The notes under the pieces are model-generated. The model had not been told where the DNA came from and did not search any database. It worked only from the letters and a program-made list of their open reading frames with translations. Made by a program: the position numbers and the translations under genes. This document shows, in pieces, positions 11,428-24,620 of a stretch of DNA of 64,000 bases. The DNA comes from Planctomycetota bacterium (GTDB taxonomy: Bacteria; Planctomycetota; UBA11346), in NCBI GenBank assembly GCA_003136555.1, contig PLEW01000138.1, positions 29,002 through 93,001 on the forward strand, written 5' to 3'. Position 1 is the stretch's first letter; each line of letters begins with the position of its first letter.

Positions 11428-13758
11428 CTAGTGGGGGAGGAACTGCGGGATGCTGCCCGGCTCATGCCCGCCCAGCCGCAAGAGCGCCTCGATGACCATG
11501 AACAATCCGGCCACCAACGCCTCGCCGGCGATCAATCCGAGTGCGACTGGCTTGAGCTTCAGGTAGAGCCCGGGTCCGCCATAGCGCATGATGAGGAATT
11601 TCGCCAGCCAGCCGAGGAAGAAGCTGAACCAGATGGTCCGGGTGGGATAGGGCATGCTGGCGATGTAGCCCAGCGGATGGAAGGGCCAACCGGGGACCAG
11701 CAGCCGCCCGGCACCGAGCAGGGCGACCATCACGGCACCGACTGCGTAGCACAGCCAGGTCTGTCCTACATGGGCGGTCTCGCCGCTGCTCTGCCAGCTG
11801 GAGGCCAGGGGGGAAAGGCCGAAATCGACGAAATTGAACACCCAATACCAATCGGAATGCCCAGACCCGGCATAGGCGAGCCAGATCATGGTGATGAAGG
11901 AGAGGATGCCTCCCGCCACCAGGACGCCGATGAGCGCCATGGCGAGGCGCCAACGATGCTTGACCAGACCGGTGCGCGAGGCGAGGACGTCGCTCTGCAT
12001 CGAGTAGGGCAGCAACTGCTCGCGCTGATCCGCTAACAGAGTCGACCCGAGGTAGGACAGCGGTGCCAGTGCCGCCAGTGGCGCCTGGATGCCGACCAGG
12101 CTGAAGATGGTCTGGTTGAGGGTCATGGGGTTCGGCAGGCCGACATACGGGACGCCAGCCTCCGCCACCACCCGGGCGAGGACCAGGAGGAAGCCGAGGA
12201 AGAGCAGCACCAACAGGGCGGCATGGGCGAGGAGTGCGCCAGCGGCGACCAGCCAGGCGACCATCATGCCGGTGCTGGCGAGCAGCATCCAGACCCAGGG
12301 GACCAGTGGACGCAGATCGGGATCGCGTCGTCCCCAGAAGGCCGCGCGTAGCAGGCGGCCGTAGTAGTAGCGTCCGATCCACAGGATGAACAGGCACTCC
12401 ATGGCGTATCCGCCGGCACCGGCCTGCATCGGCTGGTCGTAGGTCACCGGGATGCCACATCCGCGCAGGAGCATCACGCTGATATTGGTCAGCACGAAGA
12501 AGAACCACAGGCTGAAACTCACATCCATGGTGAGGAAGAATGAGAGGGCGATGACGCTGAAATAGACGTGGACGTTGAAGAGGTGATCATGATCCCAGAC
12601 CTGCCACCACGGTTCGCTGGCGAAGGCGGGGCGGAAATTGAATTCGGTCGGTATGGAGAGCGGCAGCAGGTTCCAGGTCATCAGCCCCTGGCTGGTGAAG
12701 ATGAGCACGGGCACGGCGACTGCGACCCAGAAGGCGGGATTCCGGTAGAGCCCGGCGTACCGATGGCCCGGCGGCGCGGATTCCAGGAAGGACAGGATCA
12801 CCTGGGCGATGGGGAAGGGCAGGCGCTCGTTCTGCACCCACTGCGTCTGCACCAGGCGGGAAATCGCCAGGCACGCCAGCAGGCCTCCCGCCAGCAACGG
12901 CAGCCAGCGCAGGGCCGGGCCATACCAGGCATACCAGGGGATGCCCGGACCGGAGACCTCGAGCACAGTCAGCCGGCCAGCCGGTCCGGCCACGACATCG
13001 CCGGCATGACAGCCGGCGAGCGCCTGTCCGAGCGGCGATTGCAGGTCCAAGAGTCCGGGCTGCCCGGCGATGTCGCGGGCCGACTCCCCCGACAATGCCA
13101 ACGCCCGATGCTCGCCGTCGGCATCCCGCCAGCGCAGCCGGGCGCGGTGCGTGACCGTGGCGGGCCCTTTGTTCAGGCCGTTGAAGAAGCCGTCGACCAC
13201 CAGTCGGTATTCGGGATCGTCGGTCTGGATCGGTCCGCGGGCAGGAAGCCCGACGAAGAGCTTGGGGCTGAGCAGCGCCTGCCCGCCCTCGACCGTCACA
13301 AAGGGGGCAAGATCCGGGTCGATGGGCAGGATGTGCGCAGGGCCGGCGAGCACCCCGGGGAACACCCGCATCAATCCCCCCGAGACCACACCGCCAAGGG
13401 CGAGCACCATGCTGAGGATCACCACCAGTTCACCTGGACGGAATCGGCGCATGCCGAGCAGGGGATTGACGATCAGGGTGAAGGCGAGGGCCAGGAGCGT
13501 GACCACCAGCGGCAGGTTGGCGCCATAGAGGTAGCTGCTGTTGACGCTCCAATCATTGATCGGCGTGGCGATCGCGAGCACGACCACCAGGGCCGCGCCG
13601 ACGCCAAGGGCGCGTCCGCTCAAAGCCTGGTCGGCCTGCGGGTCGATCGGGCTGTTCGGACGCATCACCTTGCCTGTCGCCGATGCGGTGGCGACAGGGA
13701 TGGAGGTCCGGCTCGGTTGATCCGCCATAGCCCAACCCTCGGTGGTGGCAGCATCCAC
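11428..13758 (-). CDS. Large polytopic integral membrane protein, function unknown
   Basis: 776-aa ORF with many hydrophobic helices (e.g. WFFFVLTNISVMLL, VWMLLASTGMMVAWLVAAGALLAHAALLVLLFLGFLLVLA) and strong GC3. Start is either GTG 13758 or ATG 13728. Confidence 0.8.
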   Translation of the reverse strand: MDAATTEGWAMADQPSRTSIPVATASATGKVMRPNSPIDPQADQALSGRALGVGAALVVVLAIATPINDWSVNSSYLYGANLPLVVTLLALAFTLIVNPLLGMRRFRPGELVVILSMVLALGGVVSGGLMRVFPGVLAGPAHILPIDPDLAPFVTVEGGQALLSPKLFVGLPARGPIQTDDPEYRLVVDGFFNGLNKGPATVTHRARLRWRDADGEHRALALSGESARDIAGQPGLLDLQSPLGQALAGCHAGDVVAGPAGRLTVLEVSGPGIPWYAWYGPALRWLPLLAGGLLACLAISRLVQTQWVQNERLPFPIAQVILSFLESAPPGHRYAGLYRNPAFWVAVAVPVLIFTSQGLMTWNLLPLSIPTEFNFRPAFASEPWWQVWDHDHLFNVHVYFSVIALSFFLTMDVSFSLWFFFVLTNISVMLLRGCGIPVTYDQPMQAGAGGYAMECLFILWIGRYYYGRLLRAAFWGRRDPDLRPLVPWVWMLLASTGMMVAWLVAAGALLAHAALLVLLFLGFLLVLARVVAEAGVPYVGLPNPMTLNQTIFSLVGIQAPLAALAPLSYLGSTLLADQREQLLPYSMQSDVLASRTGLVKHRWRLAMALIGVLVAGGILSFITMIWLAYAGSGHSDWYWVFNFVDFGLSPLASSWQSSGETAHVGQTWLCYAVGAVMVALLGAGRLLVPGWPFHPLGYIASMPYPTRTIWFSFFLGWLAKFLIMRYGGPGLYLKLKPVALGLIAGEALVAGLFMVIEALLRLGGHEPGSIPQFLPH

Positions 13759-13781
13759 GCCACCATGCCGGCTGCCAATGA

Positions 13782-14156
13782 CTAAGCGGTGGGTGGCATG
13801 GGTCCCCGACCAGCCGCGTACACGGCCTCAGATCGCCGGCTGGACGCTGTCCTGGATCCGGGAAGGCAGGCGGCAAGCGGGGGGACGAGCGTCATGCGCG
13901 GTGCCTTGAGCGCCGCGGCATCGCCGTCCATAGCCGCCTCGATGAGCAGACGCAGGTGGGCTGCCACCGAGGCGAGCTGTCCTGGGCTGACGCTGGTCGA
14001 GGTGTGGATGGCAAAGGTGCCGCCGCCGAATCCGGTGATGCCATCGATCTCGGAGTTCGCCAGGTCATGGGAAGTCTCGGCCTTCAGGCGCGAACCGGCC
14101 TCAAGCGCCGGACATCCGCCTAGAAGGGACGCTGACCGGATGGATGGCATTGGCAT
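13782..14156 (-). CDS. Hypothetical protein (possibly the 3' part of a frame-disrupted gene)
   Basis: G/C-rich third positions from about 14100 to about 13880 (..DLANSEIDGITGFGGGTFAIHTSTSVSPGQLASVAAHLRLLIEAAMDG..). No family recognised. See finding on frame changes. Confidence 0.45.
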   Translation of the reverse strand: MPMPSIRSASLLGGCPALEAGSRLKAETSHDLANSEIDGITGFGGGTFAIHTSTSVSPGQLASVAAHLRLLIEAAMDGDAAALKAPRMTLVPPLAACLPGSRTASSRRSEAVYAAGRGPMPPTA

Positions 14157-14437
14157 GCTCCCTCGAATCGTTGATCACCTGCTGCATGTCGCCATTTGGC
14201 CGTAGCGGCCAGGAGGCAGTCCAGCAGGCCGGGGACCTGCACTATGGCGACCTTTGTGGCGCTGACGCCAGCCGGTGAGATGGCGGCATAATGGAACACG
14301 TGCCCCCGGGCCAGCGACCGGCCCCGGCCGCATGCCTCCACGCCGGCGGGGAGAGCATGGATCAGCGGCAGGCACAATCGCCGGTAGACCAGGATGGCGG
14401 CGGGCCAGTGGTCGATGGGAGGATCGCTCCGGCCCAT
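14120..14437 (-). CDS. Hypothetical protein immediately downstream of gltD (possibly the 5' part of a frame-disrupted gene)
   Basis: ATG at 14437 lies 2 nt after the gltD stop (TGACCATG). High GC3 from 14437 to about 14195, then it decays. The rest of ORF 14120..14626 is a gltD overlap artefact. Confidence 0.4.
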   Translation of the reverse strand: MGRSDPPIDHWPAAILVYRRLCLPLIHALPAGVEACGRGRSLARGHVFHYAAISPAGVSATKVAIVQVPGLLDCLLAATAKWRHAAGDQRFEGACQCHPSGQRPF

Positions 14438-14439
14438 GG

Positions 14440-15927
14440 TCAATAGGCGAAGGCCTCGATGCGCACCTTGGGCAGGAGCGATTCCTGCTTGGTCAGCCAG
14501 GCATCGACGCAGCGGGCGACCTCGCGGCCTTCGCTGATGGCCCAGACGATCAGCGATTGGCCTCGTCGGGCATCGCCGGCGGCGAATACCCCATCGACCG
14601 AGGTCATGCGCGTGGACGGATCGCATTTGATGTTGCCGCGCTCATCGATGGCGCAGCCCATCTGCTCGAGCAGGCCGTGCTTGCGAGGACCGAGGAATCC
14701 CATCGCCAGCAGCGCCAGGTCGCATGGCCAATCCCGCTCGCTTCCGGGGATCTCGACCGGCTTGCCGGAAGACCAGTCGAGCTGGATCGTCTGCAGCCCC
14801 TTCACCACCCCGTTCTCGCCGACGAACTTCTTGGTCGCCAGCGAATAGTGCACCTGACCGCCATTGGCGGTCATCTCCTCGACCGATGAGGAGATGCGCT
14901 TGATGCGCGCCCACTGGGGCCAGGGGTTGTTGTCGGGGCGGTTCTCTGGCGGCTCAGGCAGGAGCTCGAAGTTGATCACCGAGGCGGCGCCCTGCCGCAG
15001 CGAGGTGCCAATGCAGTCGGAACCGGTATCGCCACCGCCGATGACGATCACCTTCTTGCCCTCCGCCCAGATGCGCTGCTTGGCCGGGTGCAGGGCCGCG
15101 ATATCGGCATCGCCCCAGTTGGCGCGATTCGATTGCGGCAGGAACTCCATGGCGAAGTGCACGCCTTTGAGGTCCCGGCCAGGGACGGGCAGATCGCGCG
15201 GCTGTTCTGCGCCGGTGGCGATCACCACCGCATCGTAGCCGCCCTTCAGTTGCGCCCAGGTGATGTCCGCACCGACGGTGCAGCTGAAGCGGAATTCGAT
15301 GCCTTCGGCGGCGAGCTGGTCGATGCGCCGCTGGACCTTCTCCTTGCGCAGCTTGTAGTGCGGGATGCCGTACATCAGCAGGCCGCCAGCGCGATCATTC
15401 TTCTCGAAGACCGTGACCTGGTGGCCAGCGCGGTTGAGCTGCTGCGCGCAGGCCAGGCCGGCGGGACCGGAACCGATTATCGCCGCCTTCTTGCCGCTGC
15501 GGCGGACCGGAAGCTCGGGCTTGATCCAGCCCATGGCGAAGCCCTTGTCGACGATCGAGACTTCGTGCAGCTTGATCGAGACCGGCGGTTCGTTGATGCC
15601 GAGCACGCAGGAATTCTCGCACGGCGCGGGGCAGACCCGGCCGGTGAATTCCGGGAAGTTGTTGGTGGCGTGCAGCGCCTGGAGCGCGTCCTGCCAGCGT
15701 CCACGGAATACCAGATCGTTCCAGTCCGGGATGAGGTTGCCGAGCGGGCAGCCGGTCATGCAGAAGGGTACGCCGCAGTCCATGCAGCGGCTCGCCTGGT
15801 TCTGCACCTGCTGCTCGGGGAGGATCTCGATATGCTCCTCATGGTTGACGAGGCGCTCGGGCACCGGCAGGTAGTGCGGGGACTGGCGCGTATGCTTCAT
15901 GAAGCCTTTGGGATCGCCCATGTTCAA
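14440..15927 (-). CDS. gltD: Glutamate synthase (NADPH) small subunit
   Basis: GDPKGFMKH.., Cys cluster CMDCGVPFC..GCP, and two dinucleotide folds (IIGSGPAGLACA, VIGGGDTGSDC). Directly downstream of gltB. Confidence 0.96.
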   Translation of the reverse strand: MNMGDPKGFMKHTRQSPHYLPVPERLVNHEEHIEILPEQQVQNQASRCMDCGVPFCMTGCPLGNLIPDWNDLVFRGRWQDALQALHATNNFPEFTGRVCPAPCENSCVLGINEPPVSIKLHEVSIVDKGFAMGWIKPELPVRRSGKKAAIIGSGPAGLACAQQLNRAGHQVTVFEKNDRAGGLLMYGIPHYKLRKEKVQRRIDQLAAEGIEFRFSCTVGADITWAQLKGGYDAVVIATGAEQPRDLPVPGRDLKGVHFAMEFLPQSNRANWGDADIAALHPAKQRIWAEGKKVIVIGGGDTGSDCIGTSLRQGAASVINFELLPEPPENRPDNNPWPQWARIKRISSSVEEMTANGGQVHYSLATKKFVGENGVVKGLQTIQLDWSSGKPVEIPGSERDWPCDLALLAMGFLGPRKHGLLEQMGCAIDERGNIKCDPSTRMTSVDGVFAAGDARRGQSLIVWAISEGREVARCVDAWLTKQESLLPKVRIEAFAY

Positions 15928-15993
15928 TATCCTTCAGCTGGGGCTGTGCGCGCCCGCCGTCCTGGCTGGCGCTTCTCGTAGTTGGCTGCTAGT

Positions 15994-20556
<4,563 letters not shown>

Positions 20557-20607
20557 GGTAATGCCCTGGTGGAGGTAGATTTTGCGATTCGAGGAGATTG
20601 GTCGAGC

Positions 20608-21804
20608 TCAGGTACTGGCTATGGCTTCCAGCAGGGAGATGGCGCGGCGACGGAAGTCTTGGTAGGGGATGAAGAGTTCATAGGGTGCCGGACCGACCAT
20701 CGGGCGGCTGAAGTCCAGGCGCGAGGCGGCCAGGCCGCGCAAGGTCTTGGCCGCATGCGCCTGATTGGAGGCGTTTTTCAAGCGATCATGCTCCCACAGG
20801 CTGGCGAGGGGGTTGAGGCCGGTCGAGAGCACCAGGCCGACGCGCCCCTCGTGGACCGGCACGTTCATTACCGGCTGACCCGGTCGGCCGACGAGCATGA
20901 TGCCGGGGAAGCCGGCGTCACGGCATTCCTGCTCAATGCTGCGCAAGGCCGGCAGGGCGCTCATCGGCACTTCGCGGAAGGAGGCGGTGATGGCTCCGGT
21001 ACCGGAGGTGGCCGCCTGGCTGACGCTGGTGAAATTGGCGCGGATGAATACTTCGTTCGGGCTCAGGGTGGTGGCATCATAGCGGATCATCTCGAGGAAA
21101 TGCTGCGGCTTGCCGTTCTCGACATGCAGGAGGCCGCCGAAGATCGGATGGGTGGGCGCCCCACGCCGCATCAGCATGCCTGCCAGGGTCAGCGAGCACA
21201 TCGTGCCGAGGCCGATGCAGCCTTCAGGCACCTCGCGGCCGAGGATGTCCTCTCCCGGTGCGGCAAAGAGGACGCGCGAGCCGACCGCCAGCCCGGCCTT
21301 GAAGACGGCCTCCAGCTCGTCGCAGAGCTGCAGCAGGAACTCGCATGGGATGACGTAGGCATTGATCGAAACCAGGCCGCGCCCAGAGGCCAGATCGAAG
21401 CTCAGCTGGCAGGTGGTCTCCTCCATGCGGTAGAGGATGCTGCCGAGCCTGCGCGAGATCGTCAATTCACGCGTGACCTCGATCCCTGCTTCGGTCAGTC
21501 GGTAGCCTCGTCGGCCATGGCGTTCGATCAGCCCGACATCCGCCATCTCGGCGAGGTACAGCCGCAAGGTCCGCTCAGAGAGGTCGAGGCCCTGGGCCGA
21601 GAGCGCATCCATCAAATCCCGGCTGGTGACCAGCTCCTTCCAGGGCTGGTCGCGCAGGATCGCCAGGATCGGCTGATACCGCTCGCCATGCAGGCGGACG
21701 AGATCGCGCAGTTCGCTGGTTGATGCGGGAGTCTTGACGAGGGCGGGGAAGACCTCGTCATCATCGGGGTCGCTGAACGGCAGGTTTTCCGTTAAGTGGG
21801 ACAT
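20608..21804 (-). CDS. NrpR-like nitrogen regulatory repressor (wHTH plus two DUF128/NrpR domains)
   Basis: From ATG 21804: wHTH region ILAILRDQP..SERTLRLYLAEMADVGLIERHGRRGYRLTEAG. Then RRLGSILYRMEE..SGRGLVSINAYVI and ..FGGLLHVENGKPQHFLEMIRYDATTLSPNEVF, which resemble the methanogen NrpR layout as recalled from memory. Confidence 0.7.
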   Translation of the reverse strand: MSHLTENLPFSDPDDDEVFPALVKTPASTSELRDLVRLHGERYQPILAILRDQPWKELVTSRDLMDALSAQGLDLSERTLRLYLAEMADVGLIERHGRRGYRLTEAGIEVTRELTISRRLGSILYRMEETTCQLSFDLASGRGLVSINAYVIPCEFLLQLCDELEAVFKAGLAVGSRVLFAAPGEDILGREVPEGCIGLGTMCSLTLAGMLMRRGAPTHPIFGGLLHVENGKPQHFLEMIRYDATTLSPNEVFIRANFTSVSQAATSGTGAITASFREVPMSALPALRSIEQECRDAGFPGIMLVGRPGQPVMNVPVHEGRVGLVLSTGLNPLASLWEHDRLKNASNQAHAAKTLRGLAASRLDFSRPMVGPAPYELFIPYQDFRRRAISLLEAIAST

Positions 21805-21820
21805 GGTCGCAGAGTGGTAA

Positions 21821-21836
21821 CGGCAAGCTCTTGCCG
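21821..21836 (-). promoter_or_regulatory. Inverted repeat CGGCAAG-CT-CTTGCCG in the leader of the NrpR-like gene
   Basis: Perfect 7-bp arms, 17 nt upstream of the start codon. Could be an operator or an RNA hairpin. Confidence 0.35.
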
Positions 21837-21866
21837 CTGTTGAGCGTGCGCAGTGTGGCCCTGTTC

Positions 21867-21888
21867 CGGCAATTGCAATCGGCAATTG
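21867..21888 (-). promoter_or_regulatory. Two direct copies of CGGCAATTG, 13-nt period (candidate operator)
   Basis: CGGCAATTG at 21867-21875 and 21880-21888. Each contains the CAATTG palindrome. Located in the putative 5' leader. Confidence 0.35.
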
Positions 21889-21930
21889 AGTCCTCGCTCT
21901 GAGCGCCTCTTATCTACCATAACCATCTAA

Positions 21931-21968
21931 TACAATTGTAATTATATACAACAATCCTTCTTGGACAA
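21931..21968 (-). promoter_or_regulatory. Sigma-70-like promoter (-35 TTGTCC, 16 nt, -10 TATAAT) with an abutting TACAATTGTA palindrome
   Basis: Minus strand reads TTGTCC(21968-21963)-16 nt-TATAAT(21946-21941), followed directly by the 10-nt palindrome TACAATTGTA (21940-21931). Sits in a locally AT-rich patch in otherwise GC-rich DNA. Confidence 0.45.
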
Positions 21969-22165
21969 ATGCCTGTCGGTGGGCTGGGGGGAGATCACTG
22001 GGCGCAACGATCGTTTGGGGTATTGAGTGGTATAGGTGCCGAATCTTTGCTCCCGACATGCCGGATGATGCCACCAGGGGAGGGGATCAATGGCAGCCGA
22101 TTACCGTAAAAACGACTTCCACCAATGCCAAGATCCTGTCTCCCAGGAACTTGCCAGCCAGCGGC

Positions 22166-23197
22166 TCATGACCGTTCCAGCGCTACGGCGGCGAGATGGC
22201 CGCCGAATCCGAGACTCACTTTCCATAGACGGGTGACGGGAGCTTCGAGAGCGACGGCCAACTCGACCGCGCCACTGGCACCTAGGCAATGGCCCAGGAT
22301 GGGCTTCATGCTCAGGCGCGGCGCGGACGACCACGGTCCCCGTTCCAGCCCGGCGCTCTCATAGGCGTCACCGCTCGCGGTACCGGTGCCATGGGTGACG
22401 ATCAGATCTGGTCTGGGGAGGATGTCCCACAAGGCGAGCAGACAGCGATGCAGCACGGCAGGATCCTCGCAACGCGTCTGGTGGCTGGCATCTCCCAGCC
22501 GCACTCCGCCGCGTAGCCACCAGGGCCCCGCATGCGCCAGGCCGAGGAAGCCAGCACCCTCTGCGGGTGCGAATCCAGTGGCCTGAGCGAAGGCCTGGGG
22601 CGGACGATCGCCGGCGAGTACGCCGAGTGACCGGAACCCAGCGATCAGCCAGTCCTCCAATGCGCAGTCGGCGGCCCCGGCGAGTGCGTGCGTGCACGCT
22701 CCGGCATCGATCAGGTCGGCGGCGGCGAGAACGGCATACAGCCCGGTCGAACAGGCTGCCGACGGTGCAGCGCCACGATACAATTCTATTCCCAGGGCAG
22801 CCGCTAGCTTTCCACCCAGGGCACCGGGCAGCGCCCCTGTCAGCGCTGCTGGCCGTCCTCCCAGGGCGGCGGTGAATCCCCTGGGATCCCCCTTGCTGGT
22901 GCCGACCACCACAGCCGGGGTGCCGCTCAGCTGCGCGACCGTCCGCCAGGGGATGCGGGCGGCACGGACGGCAATGGTCAGCAAACGGTCATCTTCCCCT
23001 ATATCGCCGATCACCCCATGCCATCCCCGGTCGGGAGTGTGACGCAGGCAAGGTCTGCCATCCATGCATGCAACCCATGACGCATGAGCATCGCCGGAGC
23101 TCGCCAGGCAATCCCATGCGGCAATCGCAACCTCGCGGTAGCGTTGATGCGGCGCTGGCAGCACGCGGGCGAGTCTCCCGGGCCTGCCGGGTTGCAC
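22166..23197 (-). CDS. Compact beta-ketoacyl synthase (KAS I/II-like thiolase fold), orphan
   Basis: Catalytic pattern AACSTGLYAV (Cys), THGTGT (His), KPILGHCLGASGAVE (His), C-terminal GFGGH. GTG 23197 is preceded by GAGGGG at 8 nt. Upstream ORF codons 23198-23473 have GC3 of about 40 percent by my count and overlap the citrate synthase start, so they are excluded. Confidence 0.65.
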   Translation of the reverse strand: MQPGRPGRLARVLPAPHQRYREVAIAAWDCLASSGDAHASWVACMDGRPCLRHTPDRGWHGVIGDIGEDDRLLTIAVRAARIPWRTVAQLSGTPAVVVGTSKGDPRGFTAALGGRPAALTGALPGALGGKLAAALGIELYRGAAPSAACSTGLYAVLAAADLIDAGACTHALAGAADCALEDWLIAGFRSLGVLAGDRPPQAFAQATGFAPAEGAGFLGLAHAGPWWLRGGVRLGDASHQTRCEDPAVLHRCLLALWDILPRPDLIVTHGTGTASGDAYESAGLERGPWSSAPRLSMKPILGHCLGASGAVELAVALEAPVTRLWKVSLGFGGHLAAVALERS

Positions 23198-23345
23198 AAG
23201 GCGAACCCCTCGCCGTGGACACCGGACCTGTCGTAGGCTTGCACGACCCGGAGGATGTGGCAGTGTCGCACCAGCGAGCGGAGCAGGGGTTTTCGCGCGA
23301 TCCGACGCTATCCATTGAGGCCGAAATTCACGAGGAACTGAACCC

Positions 23346-24575
23346 ATGACCGCACCCATGAAGGAAAACACCAAGAGTCCGGTCTTGATGGAGATCTCGA
23401 AGGATTCCTTAGAGACCGGCCTGCGCGGTGTGCCCGTGGGATACTGCACGACGAGCGCGGTGGAGGCGGACAAGGGCCTCTTCTATGTCGGTGAAGCGGT
23501 AGAGGGCATCGCTGACCGCGACCCCGAGGACGTGATCTACCTGCTGCTCAACAAGAGCTGGCCGAATCCGGCGCAGAAGGCGGAATTCGCCCAGAAGCTG
23601 CGCGTCCATGCCCAGATCGACGCCTCGCTGTTCTCCACCCTCAAGGCCCTGCCCCGTTCCGGCCATCCGATGAAATGGTTCATCCATGCGATCAACGCGC
23701 TTGGGATGGTATACGGCTGCCGCGATTACCGTCGCGAGGCGCTCGATTTGATCGCCAAGATCCCGGCGATCACCGCCGCGATCTTCCGTCTGCGCGAAGG
23801 CTGGGGCGATCCCATCTTGCCCTCGCCGACGCTCGGCTACATGGAGAATTTCGTGCATATGCTCGGCATCCCCGGGCAGACCGAGGCGCAGAGCGCGAAG
23901 CTGACCCGCCTGATGCGGGTCTTCGATGTAGTGCACTTCGACCACGGCGGCGGCAATCTCTCAACCTTCGTCGGCAAGGCGGTCGCATCTGGCAAGGCCG
24001 ATCTCTATGAGAGCATGGTCGGTGCGATGTGCGGCCTGGCAGGTCCCTTGCATGGACGGGCGAACCAGGAGTGCCTGGAGTTCATCCAGGAATGTGTCGC
24101 CAAGGTCTCTGCGAACTTCACCGCCGTGGACGTCGCGGCGATGCTGAAGACCAAGCTGGACAACAAGGAGGTCGTCTACGGCTTCGGCCATGCCGTGCTG
24201 AGAGTCGAGGATCCGCGTGCCCGCGTGCTGCGCAATGTCGGCGAGGAGATCTGCCCCAGCGACACCAATTTCCGCATGGTCAAGCTGCTCGCCGAGGTCG
24301 GTCCGCCCATCCTCAAGACCAATCCCAAGATCAGCGATCCGTATCCGAATGTCGATAGCGCCTCGGGTTCGCTGCTGATGGCATGCGGGCTGGTCAAGCC
24401 CGAGTACTACACCGTCCTATTCGGACTGTCGCGGGTGGTGGGCATCGCCGCCCAGATCGTCTACGAACGTTGCGAGGCGCGTGGCGGCAAAGGCACACCC
24501 ATCATCCGTCCGAAATACTTCTACAGCCCGGAAGGCACCGCCAAGGGCGATGCCGTGATAGCCGGTAGCGGCTGA
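23346..24575 (+). CDS. gltA: Citrate synthase
   Basis: GLRGVP.., GPLHGRANQE and YGFGHAVLRVEDPRA active-site His motifs. 409 aa. Confidence 0.9.
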   Translation: MTAPMKENTKSPVLMEISKDSLETGLRGVPVGYCTTSAVEADKGLFYVGEAVEGIADRDPEDVIYLLLNKSWPNPAQKAEFAQKLRVHAQIDASLFSTLKALPRSGHPMKWFIHAINALGMVYGCRDYRREALDLIAKIPAITAAIFRLREGWGDPILPSPTLGYMENFVHMLGIPGQTEAQSAKLTRLMRVFDVVHFDHGGGNLSTFVGKAVASGKADLYESMVGAMCGLAGPLHGRANQECLEFIQECVAKVSANFTAVDVAAMLKTKLDNKEVVYGFGHAVLRVEDPRARVLRNVGEEICPSDTNFRMVKLLAEVGPPILKTNPKISDPYPNVDSASGSLLMACGLVKPEYYTVLFGLSRVVGIAAQIVYERCEARGGKGTPIIRPKYFYSPEGTAKGDAVIAGSG

Positions 24576-24620
24576 GGCCTCAGGCCGGCTGACAGGAGAC
24601 CTGCAGGCGTCCGCAGGGCG

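Noticed and set aside
20557-21970. Search for the methanogen NrpR operator GGAA-N6-TTCC near the NrpR-like gene and gltB
   Set aside because: No match found by eye on either strand, so I do not claim the archaeal operator. Only the CAATTG-type repeats are reported.
22090-22236. 48-codon ORF with a good Shine-Dalgarno (GGAGGGGATCAATG) in the gap between the NrpR-like promoter region and the ketosynthase gene
   Set aside because: Third-position G/C is only about 60 percent. Half of it is antisense to the ketosynthase 3' end. No recognisable sequence. It cannot be supported without conservation or expression data.
23198-23473. Upstream part of the 435-aa ketosynthase ORF
   Set aside because: Third-position G/C drops to about 40 percent by my count. 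The segment overlaps the divergent citrate synthase start. A GTG with a GAGGGG RBS at 23197 fits the KS fold length better.
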